Shown: piece by piece, positions 1 through 8,435 of the stretch
Position numbering within the stretch: the stretch's first letter is position 1
Layout: each line of letters starts with the position of its first letter
Source of the DNA: an uncultured Nitrososphaerales archaeon
GTDB taxonomy: Archaea; Thermoproteota; Nitrososphaeria; Conexivisphaerales; CALBHZ01
Direction of reading: 5' to 3'
Length of the DNA: 25,511 nt
Assembly (NCBI GenBank): GCA_964420525.1
Contig: CAYQTV010000001.1
Coordinates: 1-25,511 of the forward strand
Notes under the pieces: generated by a model
Database searches by the model: none
Told to the model about the DNA's origin: nothing
What the model saw: the letters and a program-made list of their open reading frames with translations, nothing else
Made by a program: the position numbers and the translations under genes

Positions 1-1087
1 CAGCAACTATTTGATCAGCGGGTATATCCCTCTGTATCCTCATAATCCTAACCCAAGGAGGAACTATCATCTTAACTTTAGCGATTAAATCTACAATTTC
101 GTCTAAAGATGGAGGGACGTATTCTCCTCTCTTATACATCTGATAAAGTGGAGCCGATTCAACTACAAGTGTAGGGTAAATCTTTATCATGTCGGGCTTA
201 AATCTATCGTCGTAAAATAGCTTATAGAACGATTCGTAATCCTTCCTTAGATCAGAGTAAGGCAATCCAGGCATCATATGAGCCACGATTTTAAATCCCG
301 CATCTTTCGCTATTCTAAATGCTTCAATAGTATCCTTAACTGTATGCCCTCTTCGCACCTTTCTCAAAATATCATCGTTTAAGGTTTGAACGCCGATCTC
401 AACCCTCGTACCGCCATAATACAGCATTCTATCGACGTGTTCCTCCTTACAGAAGTCCGGTCTGGTCTCAAAGGTTAAGCCTACACATCTTCTCTCGGCT
501 GTTTCGTTATGGCGTATCGCCTCCTCCAAACTGCTTGCCTTAAATCCATTTAAAGCGTCGTAACATCCCTTAACAAACTCTTCTTGATACTTTATAGGAA
601 AACTGAGAAATGTCCCTCCCATTATTATTAGCTCGATTTTTGAAGTAGGATGCCCTATAGCTTCTAATTGTCTAATCCTAGCGGTTACCTGCTTGAAAGG
701 ATCGTAATCGTATTCCATTCCTCTTCTTGCTGCAGGTTCTTTACCCGTGTAAGATTGAGGCGTATTCACTTTAACTCCTCCAGGACAGTAGATACAGTTA
801 GCTTGTGGAGGACAGGGCATTGGTCTACTCATAGCAGCTATTACCGCTATTCCGGAAAGGCTTCTAGCAGGCTTAATAATTAAGAGCTTCCTTACTTTTT
901 TATCTCTTATCCTCGATAAAATTTCGGAATTCTTAGGAATCCTTTGTAACCTATGCTTTCTAGCCACCTCCATTTTAATATGTAAAATGTCTTTCTTCGT
1001 TATTTCCTCCCTTCTGGATAGTATAGTTTGAGCTATCTCATCTAGCGCTTTCTCCCACTCTTGTTCCACGCTGTTCTGAACGATCAT
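1..1087 (-). CDS. elp3: Elp3-type tRNA uridine(34) acetyltransferase (radical SAM + KAT), C-terminus runs off the window
   Basis: Missing from the ORF track; translated by hand from ATG at 1087 (MIVQNSVEQEWEKALDEIAQ...). Contains KPARSLSGIAVIAAMSRPMPCPPQANCIYCPGG (Fe-S cysteines), PQSYTGKEPAARRG, KIELIIMGGTF and QRDIP at the window edge. Confidence 0.93.
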   Translation of the reverse strand, partial: MIVQNSVEQEWEKALDEIAQTILSRREEITKKDILHIKMEVARKHRLQRIPKNSEILSRIRDKKVRKLLIIKPARSLSGIAVIAAMSRPMPCPPQANCIYCPGGVKVNTPQSYTGKEPAARRGMEYDYDPFKQVTARIRQLEAIGHPTSKIELIIMGGTFLSFPIKYQEEFVKGCYDALNGFKASSLEEAIRHNETAERRCVGLTFETRPDFCKEEHVDRMLYYGGTRVEIGVQTLNDDILRKVRRGHTVKDTIEAFRIAKDAGFKIVAHMMPGLPYSDLRKDYESFYKLFYDDRFKPDMIKIYPTLVVESAPLYQMYKRGEYVPPSLDEIVDLIAKVKMIVPPWVRIMRIQRDIPADQIVA

Positions 1088-1111
1088 TAACTAGGGAAGC
1101 ACTTGCCTAGG

Positions 1112-1122
1112 TTAAATATAAA
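1112..1122 (-). promoter_or_regulatory. Putative TATA box for elp3
   Basis: TTTATATTTAA on the minus strand, 25-35 nt upstream of the elp3 ATG. Confidence 0.4.
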
Positions 1123-1123
1123 A

Positions 1124-1438
1124 TCATTGCTCGATCCATTTTAGAAAATGAACGTATATTATCGAGTCTTCATCGAGATCCTTATAGTGTTTCCTCAACG
1201 CTCTCTTAAGCTCTTTAATATTCCTAAAGCCGTCTCTTCTAGCGTCTACATTTGAAAGCTCGCTAACCTTCTTTTCAATGATTTTTTCAATCATCGCCCT
1301 TCCTACCATCTCTTCCCCAGCATATACATCTACATATTCTCCTGGAGAAGCCAAAGGCCTTCTTCTTATAGTCGTAACCTTACCTCTTTTAAGTAATACT
1401 TCTCTGTATTCCTTTGAGAAAACAAGTCTCTTAACCAA
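1124..1438 (-). CDS. ASCH-domain protein (YqfB-like, PUA-related fold)
   Basis: 104 aa with the ASCH signature GKVTTIRR, later DARRDGF and a C-terminal HY...YVHF. TTG start with GAGGGAG 7 nt upstream. Overlaps the tmcA stop by 8 nt. Confidence 0.85.
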   Translation of the reverse strand: MVKRLVFSKEYREVLLKRGKVTTIRRRPLASPGEYVDVYAGEEMVGRAMIEKIIEKKVSELSNVDARRDGFRNIKELKRALRKHYKDLDEDSIIYVHFLKWIEQ

Positions 1439-3626
1439 CGTAGTACTCCCTCATTTTTTCAACAAACCTTCTAAACGTAGGATGCGGATCTCTAGTTCCA
1501 AGTATTTCCCTGACCTTCTCCCAGCTCCTGCCCTGTAAACATTTCGCGCATAGCGCTTTCTCTACTTTTTCGGGTATTCCAACCCGTTTATTAACACCGG
1601 TGAATAGATGGGCTCTTACGAGCTCCTTAATTACATCGCTTACCGACTCATAAGATAGATCTCCTCTCACGTATCCCTTTAACCTAGCTTTTTGCGATTC
1701 GGTTAACTTCGCTCTTTCTATTCTCTTCGTTTCAAAACCTTTGAACAACATCAAAGCCGTATCTATAAGTAATCCATAATAAGTATCGTGAAGGGAATTG
1801 AACAATCTATTTCGAAAGTCCATATTTATGCTTTCAATATAACTCTTAGCTTTACTAGTTAGAGGTTTAACGAATATAACGCTATACTCTCCTGATGCGG
1901 CGTTTCTCATAGGACTTATGTGGACCGGCACGTATCCGTTCTTAAGCCAAAAGTTAACTAGCTCCTTACTAGCGCCAAAGCTCGCCCCTAACCAGTCCAC
2001 CTTCCCCTCCATTTCCTCCTCGAGACATTTTAAGGCTAAGCTCCCTAACCCCCTGTTAAATAAAGATGGATTAGTTGCGATTCTAACTATCCTAACGCCC
2101 TTCAACATACCGAAGTTCTTGTAAACAGGATGGTGTTTTAGTAATACACCGGGAATGAGGTGGCCAGGAGGCTGCTCTCCCTCGCTAATTTTCTCCACTT
2201 CTTCTCTCGTCAAGGATCCCTCTCTTGCAAGATGCATGGCTACAACTATTCTACCATCTGGTAACGTTAAAGTTCTTGCAAAATGATGAGGCGCATCACC
2301 TAGTAAGACGAGGTCATCCGGCCTATTCCTGTAATGAGCCGTTACGTAGGTACCTATGAAGGCCCTCAATCTATTTTCTCCTCTTCCAAAATAGTAATCC
2401 CTATCTACCTTCTGATAATCAACCACCTTTACCTCCTCCGGCCTAATTTCATCTGGTTCGGAATCCAACAGGAGAACGTCGTAAAGCCACTTTTCAATGG
2501 GATCGTCTTTCGCGTATCTTATAGGTTCTGTCATTTCAATTTCCATTATCTTTAACTTTTCAAATTCTCTCAATCTCTTTCTAAATCTCAATCCAAAACC
2601 TCTACCGGATCCCTCATATCCGTGAACTGTTGAAGAATAGATCAATTTATCAAAGAAATAGGGATAGCGTAAAAGAAGAGGAAGAGGTATACCGGCTGCC
2701 TCGTCTACTATAGCTATGGCTCCCTTCTTATGTGATAAAACGTAAGGAGAAACAAACTTAACCCTTACTTTATTCGCTCTTAACTCAAAACCTTCTCGCT
2801 CATACCTCACGTCCTTTGCCTTTAAACCTCTTTCCAAGAACTCGAATATTTGGGAAATTCCTAAAGGGGACGGAGCGGTTAGTAGAAGATCACCTTTCAC
2901 CAATCCCTCTGAGATTAATGTGGCCATTCCTAATCCAAGCGCTACGCTCTTTCCCCTCCCCCTATCTGCCCTTATTACTAAGGCAGCCCTCCCTCTTTCC
3001 TCCCCCAAACTCCTTATAGCTCTCAGAACTCTTAATTGATCCCTCGATCTCACCAAAGCCTCTACTCCACTAGTTATAGAAGGTCTGAACTCATCAGATA
3101 CCTTCTTATCCTCTAAAGCTTCATATATCACCCTATCGTTATGAATTATCACTATTCCTTTATGCTCAAACATCTTCCTCTTCAATCTAAAGGTAAACCT
3201 CCTCTTTACATCATCTAACGTGTAGGGAGGGCTAACTATCCTCTTGTGGTAATCAGCTACTCTCTTACCCCAATCCTCGATGGATTTAGTTATAAAGAAT
3301 AAAATACCTCCTCCTCTAACAGTTTCAACTACTCTTCCTAAGGCATTAGGAGAAAGATCCTGTGGCTCCTCTGCTACCAACAAATCCCACGTAGTACCTA
3401 ATATTTTATCGGTCTCATTCGGCTTTATCCATTCAAACTCACCTAAGATTTTCTCTATTTTCGGATTCGGTTCCCAGGTAACGTATAGAGAGCCAAATTT
3501 ATCGACTACGGAGCTTTTAACTAAGTCTAAGACATCAGCTAAGTTCTTAACGTTAGATAACACGATTATGCGCCTGTGTCTAACCTTTTTAGCTTCCGCT
3601 ATTGCTTTCTTTATAACTTCTAACAC
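1431..3626 (-). CDS. tmcA: TmcA/Nat10 family RNA cytidine N4-acetyltransferase
   Basis: N-terminal domain (HRRIIVL, LGTTWDLLV, GRVVETVRGGG), helicase part ADRGRGKS, VDEAA and STVHGYEGSGRGF, GNAT part RIVRIATNP...GLGS and SFGAS. GTG start. Confidence 0.93.
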   Translation of the reverse strand: MLEVIKKAIAEAKKVRHRRIIVLSNVKNLADVLDLVKSSVVDKFGSLYVTWEPNPKIEKILGEFEWIKPNETDKILGTTWDLLVAEEPQDLSPNALGRVVETVRGGGILFFITKSIEDWGKRVADYHKRIVSPPYTLDDVKRRFTFRLKRKMFEHKGIVIIHNDRVIYEALEDKKVSDEFRPSITSGVEALVRSRDQLRVLRAIRSLGEERGRAALVIRADRGRGKSVALGLGMATLISEGLVKGDLLLTAPSPLGISQIFEFLERGLKAKDVRYEREGFELRANKVRVKFVSPYVLSHKKGAIAIVDEAAGIPLPLLLRYPYFFDKLIYSSTVHGYEGSGRGFGLRFRKRLREFEKLKIMEIEMTEPIRYAKDDPIEKWLYDVLLLDSEPDEIRPEEVKVVDYQKVDRDYYFGRGENRLRAFIGTYVTAHYRNRPDDLVLLGDAPHHFARTLTLPDGRIVVAMHLAREGSLTREEVEKISEGEQPPGHLIPGVLLKHHPVYKNFGMLKGVRIVRIATNPSLFNRGLGSLALKCLEEEMEGKVDWLGASFGASKELVNFWLKNGYVPVHISPMRNAASGEYSVIFVKPLTSKAKSYIESINMDFRNRLFNSLHDTYYGLLIDTALMLFKGFETKRIERAKLTESQKARLKGYVRGDLSYESVSDVIKELVRAHLFTGVNKRVGIPEKVEKALCAKCLQGRSWEKVREILGTRDPHPTFRRFVEKMREYYVG

Positions 3627-3678
3627 ATAGCCCCTTCTTTCTTAAAGCTTAATATTTTTTCTTAGCTTACGTTATGTC

Positions 3679-4977
3679 GTGCAAATAAGAAGTTATAGAG
3701 GAAAAGGGAGAAGGGTACTAGACGCTTTTAACGTAGAGGTCGGAGATCGGATCATCGTTAAAACCGATAAAGATGAATTTGAAGGGATTTTAATGCCTAG
3801 ATATGAATTTGCTGATGAGGAACATATAGTAATTAAATTAAAAAATGGGTATAACATCGGAATTAAAGTAGATGAAATAAGGTCGATAACCGTAGTTGAG
3901 AAGGCTAAGGTCATAGAAAGGAGGAGGGAAACGGTAGGAGAGGTCAAGGGCCTTCCTAAAGTTAAGTTAATTGGCACTGGCGGAACGATAGCTAGCAGAG
4001 TTGATTATAGAACTGGAGGAGTCTCGCCAGCTATGTCGGTTGAAGACCTTTATACACTAGTGCCGGAGCTGAAAGACATCGCATCATTATCTGTAGAGAA
4101 CTTATTTAATGTTTACAGCGAGAATATGACGGTTAGACATTGGGAAGAAATTGCTAAAGCGGTTTACAGAGCTTTTAAATCCGGCTTTAACGGCATCGTT
4201 ATTGCCCATGGAACCGATACTATGCACTATACCGCATCAGCTCTCTCTTTCGCCTTAGAAAATCCACCAGGTCCGGTAGTATTAGTTGGTGCGCAGAGAT
4301 CCTCTGATAGACCCTCTAGTGACGCGGCTACGAACTTAATTTCAGCCGTTAAAGTCGCAAGCCACAAAGATATTTCGGGGGTTTTTGTATCAATGCATTT
4401 AGGCTTAGATGATGATATTATAGCGTTACATCGAGGGGTTAGAGTTAGGAAAAATCACACAAGTAGAAGAGACGCTTTTAAATCCATAGACGAAGAACCT
4501 CCTATAATCGTTCAAAATGGAAAGGTGATAATAAGAAGAAAAATCCCAAGGACGAATGGAGAGTTTAAAGTGATACCGAAGTTTTCAAGTAAGGCCTATC
4601 TCTTAAAGTTCTTCCCTAATCAGAATCCGGAGATCATAAGCTATCTAGTTGATAAAGGGTATGAGGCCATAATACTTGAAGGAACGGGTCTAGGACACGT
4701 ATCGACTGAGATGATACCATATCTAAAGGAAGCTATAGATAAAGGGATCTTCATAGGTATGACCTCTCAATGTATATGGGGAAGCGTAAGAATGACGGTT
4801 TATGAAACAGGAAGAGAACTCCTAAAGATAGGCGTAACTCCACTTGGAAGCATGCTTGCAGAAACTGCCTTAGTTAAAGCGATGTGGCTCTTAGGGCAGG
4901 GATTTAGAGGAGAGAAGCTCGAGAAGTTAATGGTTCAGAACTTGAGGGGAGAGATGGTAGATAGGAGGCTGGTATGA
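3679..4977 (+). CDS. gatD: Glutamyl-tRNA(Gln) amidotransferase subunit D
   Basis: N-terminal GatD domain (KLKNGYNIG), asparaginase motifs GTGGTIASR and HGTDTM, plus QRSSDRPSSD and SRRDAF. ATGA overlap with gatE. Confidence 0.96.
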   Translation: MQIRSYRGKGRRVLDAFNVEVGDRIIVKTDKDEFEGILMPRYEFADEEHIVIKLKNGYNIGIKVDEIRSITVVEKAKVIERRRETVGEVKGLPKVKLIGTGGTIASRVDYRTGGVSPAMSVEDLYTLVPELKDIASLSVENLFNVYSENMTVRHWEEIAKAVYRAFKSGFNGIVIAHGTDTMHYTASALSFALENPPGPVVLVGAQRSSDRPSSDAATNLISAVKVASHKDISGVFVSMHLGLDDDIIALHRGVRVRKNHTSRRDAFKSIDEEPPIIVQNGKVIIRRKIPRTNGEFKVIPKFSSKAYLLKFFPNQNPEIISYLVDKGYEAIILEGTGLGHVSTEMIPYLKEAIDKGIFIGMTSQCIWGSVRMTVYETGRELLKIGVTPLGSMLAETALVKAMWLLGQGFRGEKLEKLMVQNLRGEMVDRRLV

Positions 4978-6878
4978 TGTCCTTCGATCCGTATGCAATA
5001 GGTCTAAAGGTAGGAATAGAGCTTCATAGACAGCTTAATACGAAGGAGAAGCTGTTTTGTAAATGTCCAACTAGGAAACCTGAGGAAGAAAGGGAAAGGA
5101 AATTCTATAGAATGCTTAGGGTAGCTGAAAGCGAATTGGGAGAAATAGATCCAGCGGCTAAATTTGAAGCTGAAAAGGGAATACATATAGAGTACATAGC
5201 GGGCGAGAAAAGCAGCTGTTTAGTAGAAGCAGATGAAGAACCTCCTCATGATTTAAATCAAGAAGCTTTAGATTCCGCCTTAATAATAGCGCTTGCTCTC
5301 CACTCTAACATAGTAAATGAGGTACATGTGATGAGAAAGATAGTTATAGACGGTAGCAATACGACGGGCTTTCAGAGAACAATGGTTGTCGGGATAGGAG
5401 GATATTTAGAGGCAGCGGGAAGAAAGATAGGAGTTCAAACCATTTGTTTAGAAGAAGATGCTGCAAGACTTATGGAGAAAAGGGAGAATCTTAAGGTATA
5501 CCATTTAGATAGGCTAGGAGTTCCTCTTGTAGAAATCTCGTTAGAGCCTGTAACCGCAACACCAGAGGAAATAGAGGAAATAGCCTTAACTTTAGGAAGA
5601 CTTCTAAAGGCTAGCAGAAGAGTTGCGAGAGGTCTAGGAACCGTTAGACAGGACGTAAATATATCGATAGAAGGAGGAGGTATAGTAGAGGTTAAGGGCG
5701 TTCAAAAACCCGACTTAGTTAGAAAGGTAGTTTATTTTGAAGTTAAGAGACAGCTTTGGCTTAAAGAACTTGCCTCTATATTAAGACAAAGAGGGGTTAA
5801 AGAAGAGGACTTAAATGTCGAACCGATTGACGTGACCCATGTATTTAAAGAAACTAAATCGACCATAATTCAAAAGGCTATAAGGAAAGGAGGGAAGATA
5901 TTAGCGTTAAAAGCGAAGGGGTTTAAAGGTCTGCTAATTGAAGAACCCATAGAGGGGGCCAGATTAGGTAAGGACCTAGCGGATCTCGCTAAATTATTCG
6001 GTTTTGCCGGCATTTTACACTCTGACGAACTTCCGGCGTTCGGCATATCTATTAGTGAAATCGAGGAAATAAGGAAAATACTGGAAATGGATGATAACGA
6101 TGCCTTCATTTTACTAGCTGGAGATTATGAGAAGGGAATGAAGTGTATGTTAGAGATAAGGGAGAGATTGAAAAAAGCACTCTACGGTCCTCCATCTGAG
6201 ACAAGAGCCCCTACGCCAGATGGGAAGACGAGGTTTTCTAGGCCCAGACCAGGATCAGCGAGAATGTACCCGGAAACAGACATCCCTCCGATTCCAATAA
6301 CTAAGGAAAGACTTGATAGGCTCTCTAAACTTGTTCCTAAACCTTGGAAGGAAATGGTAAAGGAATATGCCGAGAGGTACAGAATAAACTATAAGTTAGC
6401 AGAGCAACTCCTTGATTCGGAAAGGAACGTTCTATTTGAAGAAATTCTCGGCAAAGTGAAGTTAGCTCCAACATTTATAGCGGCTACTCTAACCGAAACG
6501 ATAACTATGCTGGAGAGGGAGGGATTAGACGTATCTAAGCTAAGTGATGAAGATATCGAAGAAATATTCCTCTCCGTAGATAAGGGAGAAGTAGCCAAAG
6601 AAGCCATACCTGAAATCATGAGAGCTATTCTTAGCGGAAAGGCTTCGTCGGTGAAAGAAGCTATTGAAGTATTAGGTATTAAGGGCATTAGTGATGACGA
6701 ACTTATTGAGATAGTTAAGGAAGTAATAAAAAGTAATGCTGAAGTGGTTAGAGAAAGAGGAATGGGAGCCTTTGGGTTAATTATGGGAAGGGTGATGGCT
6801 AAGGTTAGAGGTAAAGCAGATGGAGCGAAGGTAAGCAAGATAGTGAAGGAGATTTTACAAAACGAAAGTAAACGATAG
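4974..6878 (+). CDS. gatE: Glutamyl-tRNA(Gln) amidotransferase subunit E
   Basis: GLKVGIELHRQL, KLFCKCP, RKIVIDGSNTTGFQRT, LEEDAAR, RGLGTVRQDVNISI, RPRPGSARMYPETDIP and a C-terminal Yqey-like tail. Confidence 0.97.
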   Translation: MMSFDPYAIGLKVGIELHRQLNTKEKLFCKCPTRKPEEERERKFYRMLRVAESELGEIDPAAKFEAEKGIHIEYIAGEKSSCLVEADEEPPHDLNQEALDSALIIALALHSNIVNEVHVMRKIVIDGSNTTGFQRTMVVGIGGYLEAAGRKIGVQTICLEEDAARLMEKRENLKVYHLDRLGVPLVEISLEPVTATPEEIEEIALTLGRLLKASRRVARGLGTVRQDVNISIEGGGIVEVKGVQKPDLVRKVVYFEVKRQLWLKELASILRQRGVKEEDLNVEPIDVTHVFKETKSTIIQKAIRKGGKILALKAKGFKGLLIEEPIEGARLGKDLADLAKLFGFAGILHSDELPAFGISISEIEEIRKILEMDDNDAFILLAGDYEKGMKCMLEIRERLKKALYGPPSETRAPTPDGKTRFSRPRPGSARMYPETDIPPIPITKERLDRLSKLVPKPWKEMVKEYAERYRINYKLAEQLLDSERNVLFEEILGKVKLAPTFIAATLTETITMLEREGLDVSKLSDEDIEEIFLSVDKGEVAKEAIPEIMRAILSGKASSVKEAIEVLGIKGISDDELIEIVKEVIKSNAEVVRERGMGAFGLIMGRVMAKVRGKADGAKVSKIVKEILQNESKR

Positions 6879-6972
6879 ATCAATTATTGAAAAAGAGGGA
6901 AAACATTGTATATGTGTAAAGAAGGTATAAATTAGAAAAAGATATTTACATATTAAGTATATACGTTTGCAT

Positions 6973-7419
6973 ATGGAACAGGAAACTGTGAGGATTAGAC
7001 TTAAAGTTAATGCAAACGAGATTGAAATAGAAGCAACTAAGAACTCTTTGAAAGACGTAGTTCAAGTAATTCCAGATATACTTAGGAACATCTCTTCCCT
7101 CCCTCCTAAGCCGTCCATCGAGCCTGTAAAGAGAGAATCCCAAGTAGAAGAAAAGATGGAGGAACTTCCGGAAATTAAGATAGAGAAGGATGAATCGTTA
7201 CCGTCGGTTATAACTAAGCTATTTGCAACTGAATGGGGAAGAAAGCCTAGGAAGCTAATGGACGTTAAGGAAGCTCTAGAATCTTATGGTTTGATATATC
7301 CGAGACAATCAGTTGCCGTAGCTCTCTTAAGGCTCGCTAAGGATGGTAAATTGAGAAGGTTTAAAGGTCCTGATGAGGAATACGTTTATACGGCATCAAC
7401 GGTTTTATTAGCTAAGTAG
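6973..7419 (+). CDS. Hypothetical protein: N-terminal beta-hairpin/helix module, linker, C-terminal winged helix-turn-helix
   Basis: ATG at 6973, in frame with the TTG start at 6967. C-terminus EWGRKPRKLMDVKEALESYGLIYPRQSVAVALLRLAKDGKLRR...YVY has a wHTH pattern. AT-rich promoter-like sequence lies upstream. Confidence 0.75.
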   Translation: MEQETVRIRLKVNANEIEIEATKNSLKDVVQVIPDILRNISSLPPKPSIEPVKRESQVEEKMEELPEIKIEKDESLPSVITKLFATEWGRKPRKLMDVKEALESYGLIYPRQSVAVALLRLAKDGKLRRFKGPDEEYVYTASTVLLAK

Positions 7420-7427
7420 GTGGTAAG

Positions 7428-7922
7428 ATGGAGGAAGCTGTTAAAGTGGAGATAGCCTACGGAGATGTTAAGGCCCAGTTCACCGGAAAACCTGAGGAAG
7501 TTGCTGAGCTCGTGAATAGATTCTTAGCTCAAAATCTACCTACTTATGCTTTAGCTAAGAAGCTCTACTTAAACTACGATCTAAAGGACCTAACTGAAAT
7601 GTTTTCCGATTACATAAGAATAACGCCAGAAGGTCCCAGAGTTATAACTGAGAAGAAGCTAAGCGATAAATTAGTCATAGCTCTCCAATTAACTGCAAAT
7701 AGAATAGCGTATGAAACTGGATCGAGTAGCGCTGATCATATGACGGTACAGGAGCTTGAATCCGCTACCTCAATTAATCCTAAATCGATAAGCTCTAGGT
7801 TAAGCGAGTTAGTTAAAGCTGGACATGTAAAGAGGATAACGGGAAAGACGGGAACGTCGTATAAAATAACGACGTTAGGGATAAAATGGCTTTACGAAAC
7901 CCTGAAGACTAAAGGACGCTAG
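7428..7922 (+). CDS. Hypothetical protein with C-terminal winged helix-turn-helix
   Basis: GGTGGT RBS before the ATG. C-terminus MTVQELESATSINPKSISSRLSELVKAGHVKR...YKITTLG is ArsR/MarR-like wHTH. Confidence 0.8.
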   Translation: MEEAVKVEIAYGDVKAQFTGKPEEVAELVNRFLAQNLPTYALAKKLYLNYDLKDLTEMFSDYIRITPEGPRVITEKKLSDKLVIALQLTANRIAYETGSSSADHMTVQELESATSINPKSISSRLSELVKAGHVKRITGKTGTSYKITTLGIKWLYETLKTKGR

Positions 7923-8329
7923 GGAGGAGGTCTTTTCTGGACGTACCTGTAGTTTCTCGGACTTCCTTCTCTACTTAATATTCCCTCTCTTACTAAATCC
8001 GTAAGGGTATGGGAAATAGCGGATTTATCGTAGTGATATCCTCTTCTCCCCAATTCAGCATCTACCTCGGATAGCGTCCTATGCTCGGAAAACCAACCTT
8101 CCTTCCATAGATCTTCCAAAAGGCTTTTACACGTTACCCCCTTAGAAGTTATTGAGCGTTCAACAATTGGGACGGTTTGAGTACCTAAGCCGGCTAAGAC
8201 TTTAGAAATTACATCAGTGAGTCTACTTTCAGGACACTCTATCTCTATTTCCCAAGCCCCTCTTTTCAATTTGACCTTTACCTTCTCTTCCTTCTCATTT
8301 TTGTTGTTGTTATTGTTCAAGTTGAGCAA
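7919..8329 (-). CDS. Hypothetical protein: beta-hairpin/helix module plus C-terminal wHTH (probable paralog of 6973-7419)
   Basis: KVKVKLKRGAWEIEIEC N-module and GWFSEHRTLSEVDAELGRRGYHYDKSAISHTLTDLVREGILSREG...YRY wHTH. Start is uncertain (TTG 8329 or TTG 8320). Confidence 0.75.
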   Translation of the reverse strand: MLNLNNNNNKNEKEEKVKVKLKRGAWEIEIECPESRLTDVISKVLAGLGTQTVPIVERSITSKGVTCKSLLEDLWKEGWFSEHRTLSEVDAELGRRGYHYDKSAISHTLTDLVREGILSREGSPRNYRYVQKRPPP

Positions 8330-8377
8330 TATTTATAAGCCCCCTCCACCTACCCTATTGTTGATCAAGTTGAACAA
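8313..8377. promoter_or_regulatory. Two copies of a 17-bp pseudo-palindrome TTG(T/A)TCAAGTTGA(G/A)CAA flanking a TATA-like element; candidate operator
   Basis: TTGTTCAAGTTGAGCAA at 8313-8329 and TTGATCAAGTTGAACAA at 8361-8377 are 15/17 identical, with centres 48 bp apart. ATTTATAAG at 8331-8339 lies between them, in the divergent region between the third wHTH gene and nurA. Confidence 0.65.
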
Positions 8378-8435
8378 CCAATTAAATCTTCCTATTGTTA
8401 ACGGCCTTTCTAACCTTCTATCCGTATTTGATCGT

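Noticed and set aside
8301-8317. (TTG)n microsatellite giving poly-Asn at the N-terminus of the third wHTH protein
   Set aside because: It is only about four imperfect units, partly belongs to the operator, and may not be translated given the uncertain start.
8217-8435. N-terminal extension of NurA in the ORF track
   Set aside because: It overlaps the opposite-strand wHTH gene and the operator/TATA region. ATG 8436 gives a normal NurA length.
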